A stretch of DNA of 63,891 bases, filler included, from Octopus bimaculoides (Eukaryota), in the NCBI RefSeq assembly GCF_001194135.2. It is 5 parts of 4 records of this genome, joined end to end, with 100 filler letters (N's around TTAATTAATTAA, not from the genome) between each part and the next. Parts side by side here need not be neighbours in the genome. Positions count along the whole stretch, not along the records: positions 29,160 to 54,742 come from NC_068981.1; 4 more parts are not named here. One strand, 5' to 3'. Below the pieces are notes generated by a model, which had not been told where the DNA came from, searched no databases, and worked only from the letters and a program-made list of their open reading frames with translations. The translations under genes were made by a program, and so were the position numbers. The first letter of the stretch is position 1. Every line of letters begins with the position of its first letter. Positions 37,090 to 51,240 of this stretch are shown here, in pieces.

Positions 37090-39033
37090 ATTTACCTACA
37101 ATTACCCAAGTATTAATTACAACTTCAGAAACAATAAATGGCACAAGTTGAAACGTGGAGCTGACACTCTTGCCAGAGAGTACAGTGCCCACCCAAGCCA
37201 AGCAGAATTCTACTTCTTACGACTCCTTTAGCATGAAGTGCGTGCTCTCAAATCATACCAAGATTCGACGAGAGTAAATGGTCATGTACGTGACACTTAT
37301 AGGGAAGCATGCTATGAACAAGGTTTTTTTTAGAAAAAGATGAGTTTTAGGACCTTGCATTGACTAAAGCATCAGTATCAGATTTTCCAAGGAAACTCCG
37401 TAGCACTTTTGCAATTATACTGAACATGTATCTGCTTGGCGGTCCTCTATAGCAAAGGATGAAACATCGTGAGGAAATGGTTGAGGAATTAAAACATGCA
37501 GTTCAATAGGCAAACCCAGATATCACATTCAGTTCTCTGAAATAATTTTTTAACCCGGCAGTGATTGAAATTAAGGATCAAGTTTTGGCCATGGGATGCA
37601 AAAATTTGGAAGTGTCTGGCTCTGGACTGCCAAGAACAAACCGTTAAATTAGGCATTTAACTTCAAGAGACATAACAAGGGAGACAAATTATGACATCAT
37701 AGTGGTGGCTGCATTTGTGAATGAACATGAATCTAAACTTCTTCCAGAACAACGTTGTGCATATGATAAGACTATTTCGTCAGTTAGACCTGGTGGCACA
37801 GGTAAAACATTTGTAACAATATTACTTCTCTCCAAGGTAAGGCAACAAAAGAGAATTGCAGTTGCTGAAGAATCGTCTGGCATTGCTGCCACCATTCTTC
37901 CAGGTGGACGAACAGCTCATTCTGCTTTTAAATTGCCGCTAAACTTGGTTACAAATTACAGTTCAATTTGTAACATGATCAAAGGTTCAGGTTCAGCAGT
38001 GTTGCGCCAATGCCACCTGATATTTTGGGATGAGTGCACCAGATCACATAGAGGTGCAAGGAAGCTCTTGATAAGACCTTACTAGACATAAGAGGCATCA
38101 ATAAATCTATGGGAGGAGTTACATTAGTTTTATCAGGAGACTTCAGAAAGATATTACCAGTCATTCCGAGACTATAACATCTGATGAAATGAAAGCATGC
38201 ATTAAGTCTTCACGCCTATGGAATAAAGAACAATAATTCTCTTTCAATACTGACGTACGAGCTTTATTAGACGGGAACCAATATACAGAACAGTTTTCAA
38301 TCTGGCTCCTCCAATTATGAAACGGGAAAGTATCATTTCATGGGAATGGTAATATCAATTTCGTTCATATTGAAAAACGGTATTTCTAGTAATGATTATA
38401 ATTCATATAAATGGTTGTGTGAAAGAGCAATTCTTGCTCCAAGACATTAAGGAATACAAATCAAACTGACATTAAGGAATACAAATCAGCTGAATCAGTC
38501 CTTGATGAAAACCAAGCTGTCCATTATACAACAGAGTTCCTTAATTCTCTTGAGTCACCTGGAACTCTTCCACGTGAAAGTTTTCTGAAGGTAGGAATCC
38601 TAATAATGCTTCCAAGAAATTTATAACCTCCGAAATTATGTAATGGGACAAGGTTGGTTGTGAAGATATTGTCACCTAATGTAATAGAAGTTACCACCAT
38701 CCTCGGGGAATAGGTTTTCTTCCAAGAATTCCAATCAGACCAACAGAGTTGAGTTAAAACGAACACAGTTCCCAGTGCAATGTCTATTAATAAAGCTCAA
38801 GGTCAGACTTTGAAATATACTGGTTTGCATTTGATTGAGCCTTGCTTTTTCATGGCCAGCTTTATGTTGGTTGTTTCAGGGTTGGTAGTGTGCAAAACAT
38901 ATTTGCCTCTGTCCCAAACAATTGTAAATTGAATTTAGAATAACAAATTTGTATACACAATATTTTGCAATTTTCTTCCAATATATAAGGCACTATTCCA
39001 TTCTCGGGCGAGTTTCGGATGCCAGGGTGGGAG
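37090..39033 (+). mobile_element. Decayed Helitron RepHel (PIF1-like helicase region)
   Basis: ExFYLRLLLHEV, YREAC, GGTGKTF, SSGIAATILPGGRTAHSAFKLPL, WDECT, GGVTLVLSGDFRKILPV, LCNGTRLVV, NKAQGQT and HGQLYV, with many stops and frameshifts. 3' end runs into a gap. Confidence 0.92.
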
Positions 39034-40729
39034 NNNNNNNNNNNNNNNNNNNNNNNNNNNNNNNNNNNNNNNNNNNNNNNNNNNNNNNNNNNNNNNNNNN
39101 NNNNNNNNNNNNNNNNNNNNNNNNNNNNNNNNNNNNNNNNNNNNNNNNNNNNNNNNNNNNNNNNNNNNNNNNNNNNNNNNNNNNNNNNNNNNNNNNNNNN
39201 NNNNNNNNNNNNNNNNNNNNNNNNNNNNNNNNNNNNNNNNNNNNNNNNNNNNNNNNNNNNNNNNNNNNNNNNNNNNNNNNNNNNNNNNNNNNNNNNNNNN
39301 NNNNNNNNNNNNNNNNNNNNNNNNNNNNNNNNNNNNNNNNNNNNNNNNNNNNNNNNNNNNNNNNNNNNNNNNNNNNNNNNNNNNNNNNNNNNNNNNNNNN
39401 NNNNNNNNNNNNNNNNNNNNNNNNNNNNNNNNNNNNNNNNNNNNNNNNNNNNNNNNNNNNNNNNNNNNNNNNNNNNNNNNNNNNNNNNNNNNNNNNNNNN
39501 NNNNNNNNNNNNNNNNNNNNNNNNNNNNNNNNNNNNNNNNNNNNNNNNNNNNNNNNNNNNNNNNNNNNNNNNNNNNNNNNNNNNNNNNNNNNNNNNNNNN
39601 NNNNNNNNNNNNNNNNNNNNNNNNNNNNNNNNNNNNNNNNNNNNNNNNNNNNNNNNNNNNNNNNNNNNNNNNNNNNNNNNNNNNNNNNNNNNNNNNNNNN
39701 NNNNNNNNNNNNNNNNNNNNNNNNNNNNNNNNNNNNNNNNNNNTGAGAGAGAGAGAGAGATACACGGATGTATAATATAGATAGCATGTAGTCTAAACTT
39801 TGCAACGTTTAATTAACGTAAGAAATTATTAATAAGCTTCTAAACTAGTTGGATCGATCTATTTTTTCGGCTTCAATTCGAAATACTTGTGAATTTATAT
39901 ACTTGGTTACTTTCACCAGGTGACTACATACTTAAAATAACTATAATTGTATGTTTGCATTATATTTGTGATAAGTATCCTATCGCCGTATCGATTTCAT
40001 AAATTAATTATTCATTCATACTTGTTCTGAGCTCGTGCAGTCTTATGAAAATTAGCTAGCTTTATTAATTTCTTCTAGTGTCCGTCTGTTATAAATGTTT
40101 ATAAGCTGTTTCTCTTTCTATGTTTAAGAATAAATAATCGATTTATTATGATGAGTTATTATACTGAAATTAGTAAAAGTGGTCTTTTTTTGCAATTTGA
40201 TAAAAATGATTCTGATTTATCCGTAGATCTTTAGTGAAATTGCTCATATTACTTTCACGAAACTAAACTACTTTCTTTCATAAATTTCCCAAATGGTATA
40301 AATCCACTTAAGGTAAGGTAAAATTTCTGGAAGTACAATCCTATCTTCAGAATCTGAGTAGGTGATGAAGTACAACAGCATTGTAATCCACCTGCCGCAA
40401 TTCAGTCGGCGAAAGAAAGCTATATGCTATAAAACGAATGATATGTTGGCCGTGTTTACTCTTTAAAATAAAGGGAATGTCCTTAAATAGCCTTAGTTTA
40501 TTTTCTCAAGAGAACATCTGACAACAATACATAATACTATTTACAAAAGACAAATCATCGACAATAATCCCAGGTGAGAGATTCGACCAAAATTCAAATC
40601 GATATGGCAGGCAGGATGAACTCCTGGAATCTCAGAACTTTCCGAGCTAGAGATCCACGTGTCACCATTGTATTCAAAAATCTCGAATGATTTTTACCTA
40701 CTGTACTGTTTGCTTCTATTGTTTCTCTC

Positions 40730-41470
40730 CTCGAAACGGATAATGAGAATTGAGATACAGGAATATGTATATGAACAAACATACGTTCGTACACATATAA
40801 CACACACATACATACATACATGCATACATACATACCTGATGCACAAAAGCATACCTGATGCAGGTAAAGCAGTAAAATATGACAACCGATACAGACTTTG
40901 TGGAGTTCACACTGAAGATATCACCCACATCATAAGCAGTTGTCCGAAAATGTCATCACGGTATTATCTACCGATGAGACGTAATGTAGCTAGGACACTC
41001 TGTAATGAAATCCGTGGGAAGGATAATCCTGATGACAAAGTAATAAGAACCCACAATATGGTAGAAGCCATAGCCACTCATAATAAAAAAATAGAATACG
41101 GGTGAAATGTCTCAGTGAATACCTCAATGAAATATAAGCACAATAGAGCTGATATAACGGGATAGAGAAGAGAAACTGAGCGCAGTTGCGGAAATTGGCT
41201 GCCCAGCAGATGTTAATATAAAGCTGAAGATCCGTGAAAAAGAGAACATCTATGCTGAACTATTGAGAAATCTGCAGTTACTCTATCCATATTACAAGTT
41301 CAGATTTATACCTGTAATTATTGGGGAATATGTAACACACTGCCTAAATACCAATCTTGAGAAATTAAGCCTCTCAAAACCAGAGAGGAGAAAGCTAATT
41401 CGAAAACTGCAGATCCAATTCATCACTGGAACTGTAAAGATCTATAAAACTTTCCAGAAGTTACATACAT
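40730..41470 (+). mobile_element. R4/Dong-like non-LTR element: CCHC knuckle and restriction-like endonuclease
   Basis: RLCGVHTEDITHIISSCP, HNRADI, VAEIGCPADVNI..KIREKENIYAELLRNLQLLYP, IPVIIG and TGTVKIYK. Confidence 0.85.
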
Positions 41471-41476
41471 ACATAA

Positions 41477-41508
<32 letters not shown>

Positions 41509-42229
41509 CATATCATAATGCTATTTATCAATGTAGCATTATTCAGATCAGATTGCAATATATATTACACACCACATAGAATTTCCCTTTTACGATCATG
41601 GCTAATATTGATAACCCCATCAACATTCATAACAAAATAAGAAGTATTACGAAAACTGTAAGTTATTTAAGAAAAGGTAAGTCCTCTTGTCATTTCACTT
41701 GGTGTTGACGTTCAAATCAAGATCTAATTTTGTGCTATTGAAAAGCCCGAGATCACCTTTCTATCCGCTAAAATATCTTAGCGGCTGAAATATACCTGGG
41801 AATAACAGCTTCAGCAATAGGCATATATTTTTCAGTGTAGCAAAGAAACAAATAATGGCTATCACAGTTGGCAAGTGTTATTCCGACTCTCTTGGTGCCA
41901 ACTGACCTTATCAAAAACATGGTAGACTGGCTTAAATTTGCCACAAGAGAGTTCGGAGATAATGTAAAGAAACCACTGTCACCATCAATCAACTCACGTA
42001 TATCCCCACATGAAACATATTCTACAGAGGCGACTATAAGATACATTGCAGTAAGAATATTTTGAAATCACAGATCGTTAAAAGAAAAAAAAACTTTTCT
42101 ACGTTTCCCAAACCCTCGTTAAGCGACAGATAAATCTTGACGGGATGAAAGGAAAGCCACATACTAACGTGATAAATGTTTTCGATAATGTTGTTGAACA
42201 TATGGAATCATGTATTGTGGAAAATTAAT

Positions 42230-43150
42230 AACGTCATATAAACGGTTGCTGTTATACTTAAGGAAGACGGAGGAGAAACTTCCAGAGTACATACTAATGA
42301 AATTATTGAAAGAAAACTACCCAAATGGTAAACAGCCGACATACATGATACTTGGTCACGATAATGAAATGTAATGAGGATGAGCTCAAGCCTCACCAAT
42401 TATATCATGCAAAACAGCACAATTCTACGCGAACTCTTCACACCAAGCTAATGAATGAAAGCTAATTGCTTTAAAGATCGAACACGATCTTGGGTAAAAA
42501 CTTCGATATAGTAGAGAAATATTTGAGAGAGCCAACTGAAATCATTTGTTTGCTTCCAACTCAGGCATTGTAACGGAAGATGAAGGATGACAATATCATC
42601 GTCAAATTCTTTCCTGATGAAGATCTCCAAATATTCTGGCTTAAGATCTAGAAGCAAAAGGTCTAGAACAAACAAAATGCATCGAGGTTAAATGCTGTTA
42701 GGAAGGAATACTGTACCAACAACAACAGAAAAAAAACATGCGCAATCGATCATGAAGCTTTCGCTATACCTATAAGTAACCTATATAATCTGAAGAAGCC
42801 TGGAAGAATCATTTTACTGGTACGAAATGTTAATCTTTTAGAGAATAACATTTATACGTATATTCAAAAGAAATATGGAAGGCCACATTGATATACCAAA
42901 TGCTTGCTACATACAAATTTTGTAGCCAAGAAGGAACCCGCTAATTTGGCAGAAAACTTTGGGCCCGTTGATTTCTCAAGTATTATGTACAATGTTTATA
43001 TCTGCAGTCTAAACCAATTCCTGGCGGATCATTTTGAGCACGACAAGATTGTTACTAAAGAGCATATATAGATAAACGGCATAACTTTCCTTAATTACTG
43101 GGTCAGCACAAAGAGGAGACCGTGTTTTGTTGGATGCCACCTTGAAGCTG
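42230..43150 (+). mobile_element. Decayed non-LTR RT N-terminal region (probably the same RLE clade)
   Basis: NLKKPG...GRP..TKCLL...KEPANLAENFGPVDFSSIMYNVY..LNQFLADHFE approximates the NxRPI..IMYK..LN..L..H RT subdomain 1-2 pattern. Confidence 0.55.
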
Positions 43151-43644
43151 CATAATTTCTTTAATTAAAAAATATAACACTCTCGTTGCACCAATTTGCG
43201 TATATTCAGATGTAAATTAACGAATATTTGTAACATATACCATACGCCAGTTAAAAAACTTGAAACCACAGAATATACTTGTCACTTGTTACAATAGACT
43301 AAAACAACGCTAATAATATATCAAAAGAGACAACTCACAAATATTTTTGAACAGTGTTTAATCAGCTCAGTCTTTGAAGTGAAATCCAGTTGACGGAAAC
43401 AATGTATAAGAAAGTCGGATAAGTTATATCAGTAATTGCTTGGACCAGCGGTGTTACACTGCATCACACTATTTCTAGCCGAGGATTACATCAATAGTGT
43501 GTTGATATTCTCACTGACTGAAAGACCGGAACACTCGCTGACAAAACCGACTGTTCTTATTATATAAAACTTTTAAAACAAATCAGTACAAGTATGTATT
43601 CGGCTAATCAATCCATATGTATATATATATATGTATGTGTGCGC

Positions 43645-43675
<31 letters not shown>

Positions 43676-44089
43676 TGTATGTATGTATATATATATANNN
43701 NNNNNNNNNNNNNNNNNNNNNNNNNNNNNNNNNNNNNNNNNNNNNNNNNNNNNNNNNNNNNNNNNNNNNNNNNNNNNNNNNNNNNNNNNNNNNNNNNNNN
43801 NNNNNNNNNNNNNNNNNNNNNNNNNNNNNNNNNNNNNNNNNNNNNNNNNNNNNNNNNNNNNNNNNNNNNNNNNNNNNNNNNNNNNNNNNNNNNNNNNNNN
43901 NNNNNNNNNNNNNNNNNNNNNNNNNNNNNNNNNNNNNNNNNNNNNNNNNNNNNNNNNNNNNNNNNNNNNNNNNNNNNNNNNNNNNNNNNNNNNNNNNNNN
44001 NNNNNNNNNNNNNNNNNNNNNNNNNNNNNNNNNNNNNNNNNNNNNNNNNNNNNNNNNNNNNNNNNNNNNNNNNNNNNNNNNNNNNNNNN

Positions 44090-44124
<35 letters not shown>

Positions 44125-45103
44125 TTATTCGGATGTATAGATGTATGCCCGTCCGTATGTGTGCATAGATAGGTATTTCCCTAACTGGCACAATAGTACT
44201 GTCGAAGAAAATATCACATATAGTATATATTGGCTTTAGAAAATAAAATGTAGACTCAGACAATAAAAATGAACATGAAAGAAAATAATTGTAAAATGCT
44301 ATAAAACAAATATATTTTACTTGTTCTTCAAAGTATGTTCTCGAAGAAAAAAGAAACAGATTAGAAATAAATGCCATACGAATACATGCCTATCAGATAA
44401 ATCAATTCTTCATGATGACTTGACAAATACATCAGAAGAAAAAACGGACGAGTCTTTAGTGTTCTTACGTTCATTGCCACTGAACCAAAAATATAATACA
44501 GCGTTTGCGGTTCTTCTGTTTAAAATGAAACAATACGCATATAACTAACTCACTATAGTTGGAAACCGATCGATCGCAATTTAGTTAAAACATTATTTTA
44601 AGCTTTTATAAAAAATAACCTTCTATTGCTAAATTTTAGTCAACACCTATTATTCTTGGCATAAATCTGATCGGTCAAAGAGCTTAATTAACATCTACTT
44701 TGGTCAATGTAATGTGGTTGAAGTCAAAGTTGTAAAGATAAGATTCCAATACACGAATATTACACACACATTTTACTATCAGAGAAAATATTTTCCACAC
44801 AGTAACTACATTGAATTTATGTCCAAAGCATAAAATTTCATTTTTTCTTCATCCCTGCCCGGCGCTGATCTTCTATTACTATTGTGACCAGGCGATTCAC
44901 AGGCCTAACTCAGTCAACGATGTTCACTAGCTTTAGATTAAGTTTGAATCTACCCAGGCAATATCTCTTTTCAGCATTTCTCACTGAGGAGTAAGACATG
45001 CGCATCTGGGAATGTTCTAAAAAGAAATACTAGGCAGATATGGTGTTTTCACAATTTATATCACCACAAAGAAACTTTAGAAGTTTAAAGTATGCCACAA
45101 TCA

Positions 45104-45403
45104 TACATTATTTACATTATTTACATTTGACGGATATTTGTCCTCATCTTGTTTGTTGTTAATACAACGTCTCGACTGATATACCCTCCAGGTTTCATCA
45201 GGTGTCTTGGGGAAATTTCGAAACTGGGTTCTTTTTTCTGAGGTATTTTTCGATGTTGTTGTCATTATTATTATTATTATTATTATTAGTCAAGTCACTG
45301 CCAGGAATCGAACTACTACGCCATATGCCCACGGGTATATGGCGTAGTAGTTAAGAGTGCGGGCATCTAATCCCGAGATTCCGAGTTCGATTCCAGGCAG
45401 TGA

Positions 45404-45492
<89 letters not shown>

Positions 45493-45645
45493 GTAAAAAC
45501 GAAAAATACATTAGGAATGAGAACCCAGGTTCGAAATTTCCCCAAGACACCTGATAAAGGCTGGAGGGTATTTCAGCTGAAACGTTGTGTTAACAACAAA
45601 CAAGTTGACAAATATCCGCCAAATGTAAATAATGTAAATAACGTA
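45104..45645. mobile_element. Head-to-head pair of a tRNA-headed element with (AAT)n and a hammerhead-like motif
   Basis: Right copy 45333-45645 (+): A box 45340-45350, B box 45383-45394, (AAT)n 45408-45491. Left copy 45330-45104 (-) is its reverse complement with an internal deletion. Confidence 0.85.
45547..45590 (+). ncRNA. Type I minimal hammerhead-ribozyme-like motif
   Basis: ACAC-CTGATAA-A-GGCTGG/TCAGCT-GAAA-CGTT-GTGT. The partner copy (-) at 45205-45162 reads ACAC-CTGATGA-A-ACCTGG/TCAGTC-GAGA-CGTT-GTAT. Confidence 0.55.
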
Positions 45646-48057
45646 CATAATTCCTCATCTCTTAAATATAGAACTGTATGTCACAAACATATTTTAAATA
45701 ACCCAAAGTTATTTAATATAAATGCACAGACACGCACATGGGTGTGTGTGTGCGTGCGAATATATATAATTGCGTGTAGAATTGATTGAATGAGCCAAGG
45801 TAGAAAAGAAAGTAGTAACAGAAAACTAGTCCAAGTTTAATAGTGGGATTTGAACTCAATGCCCTAAGAGCAAAAATATAATTGTTTAGTCAACTGATTG
45901 CGCTTCTCAAACGAAATACTGTAAATACTTTGTTTAACGAAATTATTTTATCTATACCGTCCATGGTCATTGGGAAAGTGTATGTAATAGTATTAAGTTT
46001 TTAGTGAAGCCAAATTTCTTATAGTGCTGCGATTGGCAGATTAAGATATATTTCTACAACCACAGCATCATAGTATTGCGTTTGGCCTCTACTATAAATC
46101 TATGAAACTTGTGTTTAGTCTTAATAAAAAAAAGAAGAAAAATTTAAAAAGAGGAAAAATTAATTGCTTGGTTGTTTTTCACGCGACGATGCCACTTGAT
46201 TATCGATAATAGCCATTATGTAAATGTTAGCTAGGAAAACTTTTTGTATTATATTTTAATTAAACCACTCACAGGAATATAATTTATGTCCACAGCTTCT
46301 GGTCATAAGACTGGTATAATTCAATGTTGCTGAAATTGCGCTCACGAAAAGAACTAGATGTAATATGGTAGTTATTAGGAGACTGAGCCATGGCTGCATA
46401 GTTAAATAATCAGTGAGACGACAGTCAAACATCTTTGGTTGTGAGACAGAATCTTGCCAAAATTTAGATAAGCGTATATTTACCCAACTATCGAGAAACG
46501 TAAATTGCCAACTGCAACACTTTTCGTGCGGAACAATTTCGACCGAAAACAATAGGACAATGACAAATACATTAAACATGCTAGAGACTGAAACAAAATT
46601 ATCTAAAGCCTAAACTAACAGGTGTATAAATATAGAGAAGTACATGAAAATGAGTGTTTATATTTTTATATACATACTATAAGTATTAATATGTACATAT
46701 TATAAGCATTGATTCTGGGCAGGAAAAGAACGGTGGTAAAAAAGAAATGTGTACCTGCCTTAACCATGTACTGTCATATTGCAATATCCATGACAAATGT
46801 TTTGCTATCTTTTCATCATTTTATATTAGTGGCTTATATTAACGTGCGAGCAAAGATGTGTGTGGCTCCTCATGCAGCAATATCCCGATTAAACAGAACA
46901 ATATGCGAAGAGCCTTAAAGATTCATTGAAGACATGAGGCGTGTTATAAAACGTGCCCAGCCAATTCTCTTCATTGCAAGAAACTATTACTAGCTCTTAT
47001 TTTCATACAATGTGCATTAAATGCTATTTATCTCTCATTGGTTGGAATAGTTTCTTGCTTCATCTTCCATTTAACNNNNNNNNNNNNNNNNNNNNNNNNN
47101 NNNNNNNNNNNNNNNNNNNNNNNNNNNNNNNNNNNNNNNNNNNNNNNNNNNNNNNNNNNNNNNNNNNNNNNNNNNNNNNNNNNNNNNNNNNNNNNNNNNN
47201 NNNNNNNNNNNNNNNNNNNNNNNNNNNNNNNNNNNNNNNNNNNNNNNNNNNNNNNNNNNNNNNNNNNNNNNNNNNNNNNNNNNNNNNNNNNNNNNNNNNN
47301 NNNNNNNNNNNNNNNNNNNNNNNNNNNNNNNNNNNNNNNNNNNNNNNNNNNNNNNNNNNNNNNNNNNNNNNNNNNNNNNNNNNNNNNNNNNNNNNNNNNN
47401 NNNNNNNNNNNNNNNNNNNNNNNNNNNNNNNNNNNNNNNNNNNNNNNNNNNNNNNNNNNNNNNNNNNNNNNNNNNNNNNNNNNNNNNNNNNNNNNNNNNN
47501 NNNNNNNNNNNNNNNNNNNNNNNNNNNNNNNNNNNNNNNNNNNNNNNNNNNNNNNNNNNNNNNNNNNNNNNNNNNNNNNNNNNNNNNNNNNNNNNNNNNN
47601 NNNNNNNNNNNNNNNNNNNNNNNNNNNNNNNNNNNNNNNNNNNNNNNNNNNNNNNNNNNNNNNNNNNNNNNNNNNNNNNNNNNNNNNNNNNNNNNNNNNN
47701 NNNNNNNNNNNNATATATATGTTTCAAAAATGGTTTATTGGGATACATAATCCTAGCGGATACCGTGTTAGCTTTTATCGGTTATCAATGATGGCTAGCC
47801 ACTGTGAATGTTGATGAAACTCAAGTTAGTTAAAATTTACTATATTCGGTTACTCGTTACTTGGTAAATCCTAACGTCCTTATAAAGGCTGCATAAGGTT
47901 CGTAGAGAAAAAAATATTCTAAAATTAATAAAGACCTACGGACGTGCGTATGTCTTGACGAAGAAAGACGTGATTAACTGTATTATAAAACTTAGATGTG
48001 TAAATCTCCGTTCTCCTGATCTTTATTAATATATGCGTGTGTGTGTGTGTGTGTGTA

Positions 48058-48103
<46 letters not shown>

Positions 48104-50079
48104 CGGGGAAAGAAAGAAACAATGTCACTTGGAATGATATTTCTATTGCAAACAACAGAAAAAGGGAAAATAAAACAAGTTGTGCGTTCAAGGTTGGCAT
48201 ACATATTAACGGCCCCTGTGGATCGAATTTAGAGGAAGAGTGGATACAATTCTACATAGTACATTATATATTGCAAGTCTGAAATGAAGTTGACAATGGT
48301 TCTTTAAAAAGCTAGGAACAAAAAAGAAAATCTTTGCTAATATGAGAATTTCATACTATACTATATTTTGTTCCTTAAAACTAAGAGACGTTTTGCCTTA
48401 TTAAAATAAAACTTTTATTTATTAATCAAATCAAATTTTTATCGGTTGTACTTTGCCAATTTATGCGCTATGCTATATTATTAGTACTTATCTTTTTGAG
48501 ATTTGGAAGAGTAAAGCATAAAACTGGCAAGTTCGGTAGGATTCGAGTTTAGAGCTAAGAGGAACAATCGTTTGCTCAATCGATTCTTATAATCATTTAG
48601 TCACTGAATGTTGCTAGTGAAAGAAAGAAATATAATAGTTTGAATTTTGTTTGCTAAGTTACATACCGACAGAGAGTGCAGCTGGGCTACACTTTAGATA
48701 AAGAAAGAACAAGATGCCAGTGATTCATGATCTCTGCAATTTTATTTTTTAATGTATATGACGTTTGTTCTCTCAGAACAGACATCGATGAGAATAAATA
48801 AACTCATCCCGTAAATAAGTGTATAGTACAAAGTACATCTTACTTTTACCACATGTGAGTAAAGCTTAATAAGGACGTGGTTGAATTTAGACTGGCTTTT
48901 CTTGTGGTTGCACGTGAGTCACATTTTCTTGAGCAGGGATATAATTAAAATATCCCCTGATTGTAACATCATCATACAAGTTTGACATAAAAAAAAAATA
49001 ATATGCACAAGTCTTTTTATATGAAGCGGGTATTTGAGTTAATCTTTGCTTAAACAACATCGTATTTTTCCCGAAGTTTGCACTGTTATGACGTGATATA
49101 AGAAATATGCTGTCACATATAAATTCTTCAATGAATTGTTCTATAACTATCTAAATTCGGGTGTTTTCACATTTAATAACTATTGGCAAAGAATCACAAT
49201 GGTTGGCTAAACTGAAATTGAAAGTTAATCTCAGTTGCTTAGTGGAAATAAAGAAAAGTCGTTAGGATTAGTTTAATTGCTACTGTGAAAGGGATTTTGA
49301 ATATATTTAGAGTTTTCTTGTGATCTTGGTTTGATGTACAGCTGCTGCATTTTGATTTGTTTGTTGTCCTTACAGAATTAACTTATATAACAGTAAATGT
49401 AATCTTCTGAGCTATAGGATCACTGCTAAGATGAGCCCACTGCAGTAATGTTTCAGCTTTATAGTGTTCGTATAATTTGATATAAGATATGGCACGAAAG
49501 AAGCACAGCTGTCAAATGCAAAATAATTCCGTGACTAAAACTATGAGTTCCGTTTCGTCATCACTAACAGAACAAAAGAAGGAGAGGCTTTCCCAGCTGA
49601 AGAAAATATTAGAATTGAAACATGAAACTGAATTTTAGATCGTGCGTTTGCGTAGCGATTAATAAAATCTCTGAAGCGCTGGAGATGCTTTAGTTTATTG
49701 AACTTGGCTAAAACTTTCCGTGGCAGCAACACCACCTGGGCTGTAAAATCTTGGCAATTTTCCATTACCTTTAGTTTCAAGACGTAATTGAATCGATTTT
49801 GGAAATGTTCTATTTGAACACCTGTAGGGTTTATTGATTAGAGATAAACTGCTAACACTGGGATGGGACTTATGTAGAAACAGGATATAAGGATAACAAA
49901 ATAACTAAATAAAACATACATATAGGATTTCACACTGGAAACTAAATAAGCGTGAACGCTCATACATACACTTGCATAATCCCGGAACAGACATACGCAT
50001 ACATACACTGACAGAGATGCATATATGCTGCAGAACTAAATGCTAAATACATAGTAGGAAACACACACAATGCACACAG

Positions 50080-50156
<77 letters not shown>

Positions 50157-50481
50157 NNNNNNNNNNNNNNNNNNNNNNNNNNNNNNNNNNNNNNNNNNNN
50201 NNNNNNNNNNNNNNNNNNNNNNNNNNNNNNNNNNNNNNNNNNNNNNNNNNNNNNNNNNNNNNNNNNNNNNNNNNNNNNNNNNNNNNNNNNNNNNNNNNNN
50301 NNNNNNNNNNNNNNNNNNNNNNNNNNNNNNNNNNNNNNNNNNNNNNNNNNNNNNNNNNNNNNNNNNNNNNNNNNNNNNNNNNNNNNNATATATATATATA
50401 TATGTAGTGATATATGTAGTGATATATTTATAAATAAGTTACATATACATTTATGTTATATAACGTAATATAATTATATAC

Positions 50482-50513
<32 letters not shown>

Positions 50514-51192
50514 AACGTATGCAAAAAATGTATACGATATTGCTTTATAACCATATGTGGGTTATTTTAATATCATGCAGAAGTCCTTCCATCCTCTGGA
50601 TTGAAAGCTATATGAATTCTCACAACCACCGCTACCACCGCTATCGCTATTTTACATTTACATACGTACTGAAAGACTCCCAGTCACTAACACATAGAAA
50701 TGCACAAACATACACATGTGGTACTCGATTATATTCAGGAAGCAATGCTACAACTTTAACTATAGAAAAGTTAGCTGCTTCTGAATTACACGTGTGACTG
50801 AATCCATGACAACAACATCAATACCAAGAGCAAGAGCGGGAAAGAAGACATAAATGAGAAACTATATGCGAATGGATATGTGGGGAAAAAAAAGGAAAAA
50901 AATAGTTATATGGTTAATGTAGCAAACAAATTTAAACAAAAGCAAACAGAAAAACAATAACATATAATAAGCTAAAGAGATATTAAATAAATATTTAAAA
51001 AATACTGATTCTAAATACAGCGATAAATACTCATCAATCTTGCTTGAGCACGCGTAGATTTTCACACATAATTATTGATAAAGTGTTAAAAATAAACCAA
51101 TTAGTATAGTGATTAAAATACCTTCGGGCCCTCTCCTCGCCTCTAATAGTTTGATGGTTAGCGTTTATATCGTATACTAAATAAAGTGGTTC

Positions 51193-51240
<48 letters not shown>

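Noticed and set aside
45333-45405. A genuine tRNA gene
   Set aside because: T-stem and acceptor stem do not pair properly, and it continues into (AAT)n and a repeat tail: a SINE-type head.
49490-49790. Coding-looking stretch (LTEQKKERLSQLKKILELKHETEF)
   Set aside because: Vaguely Tc1/mariner-linker-like but interrupted by stops; cannot be assigned or joined to the 28632 exon.
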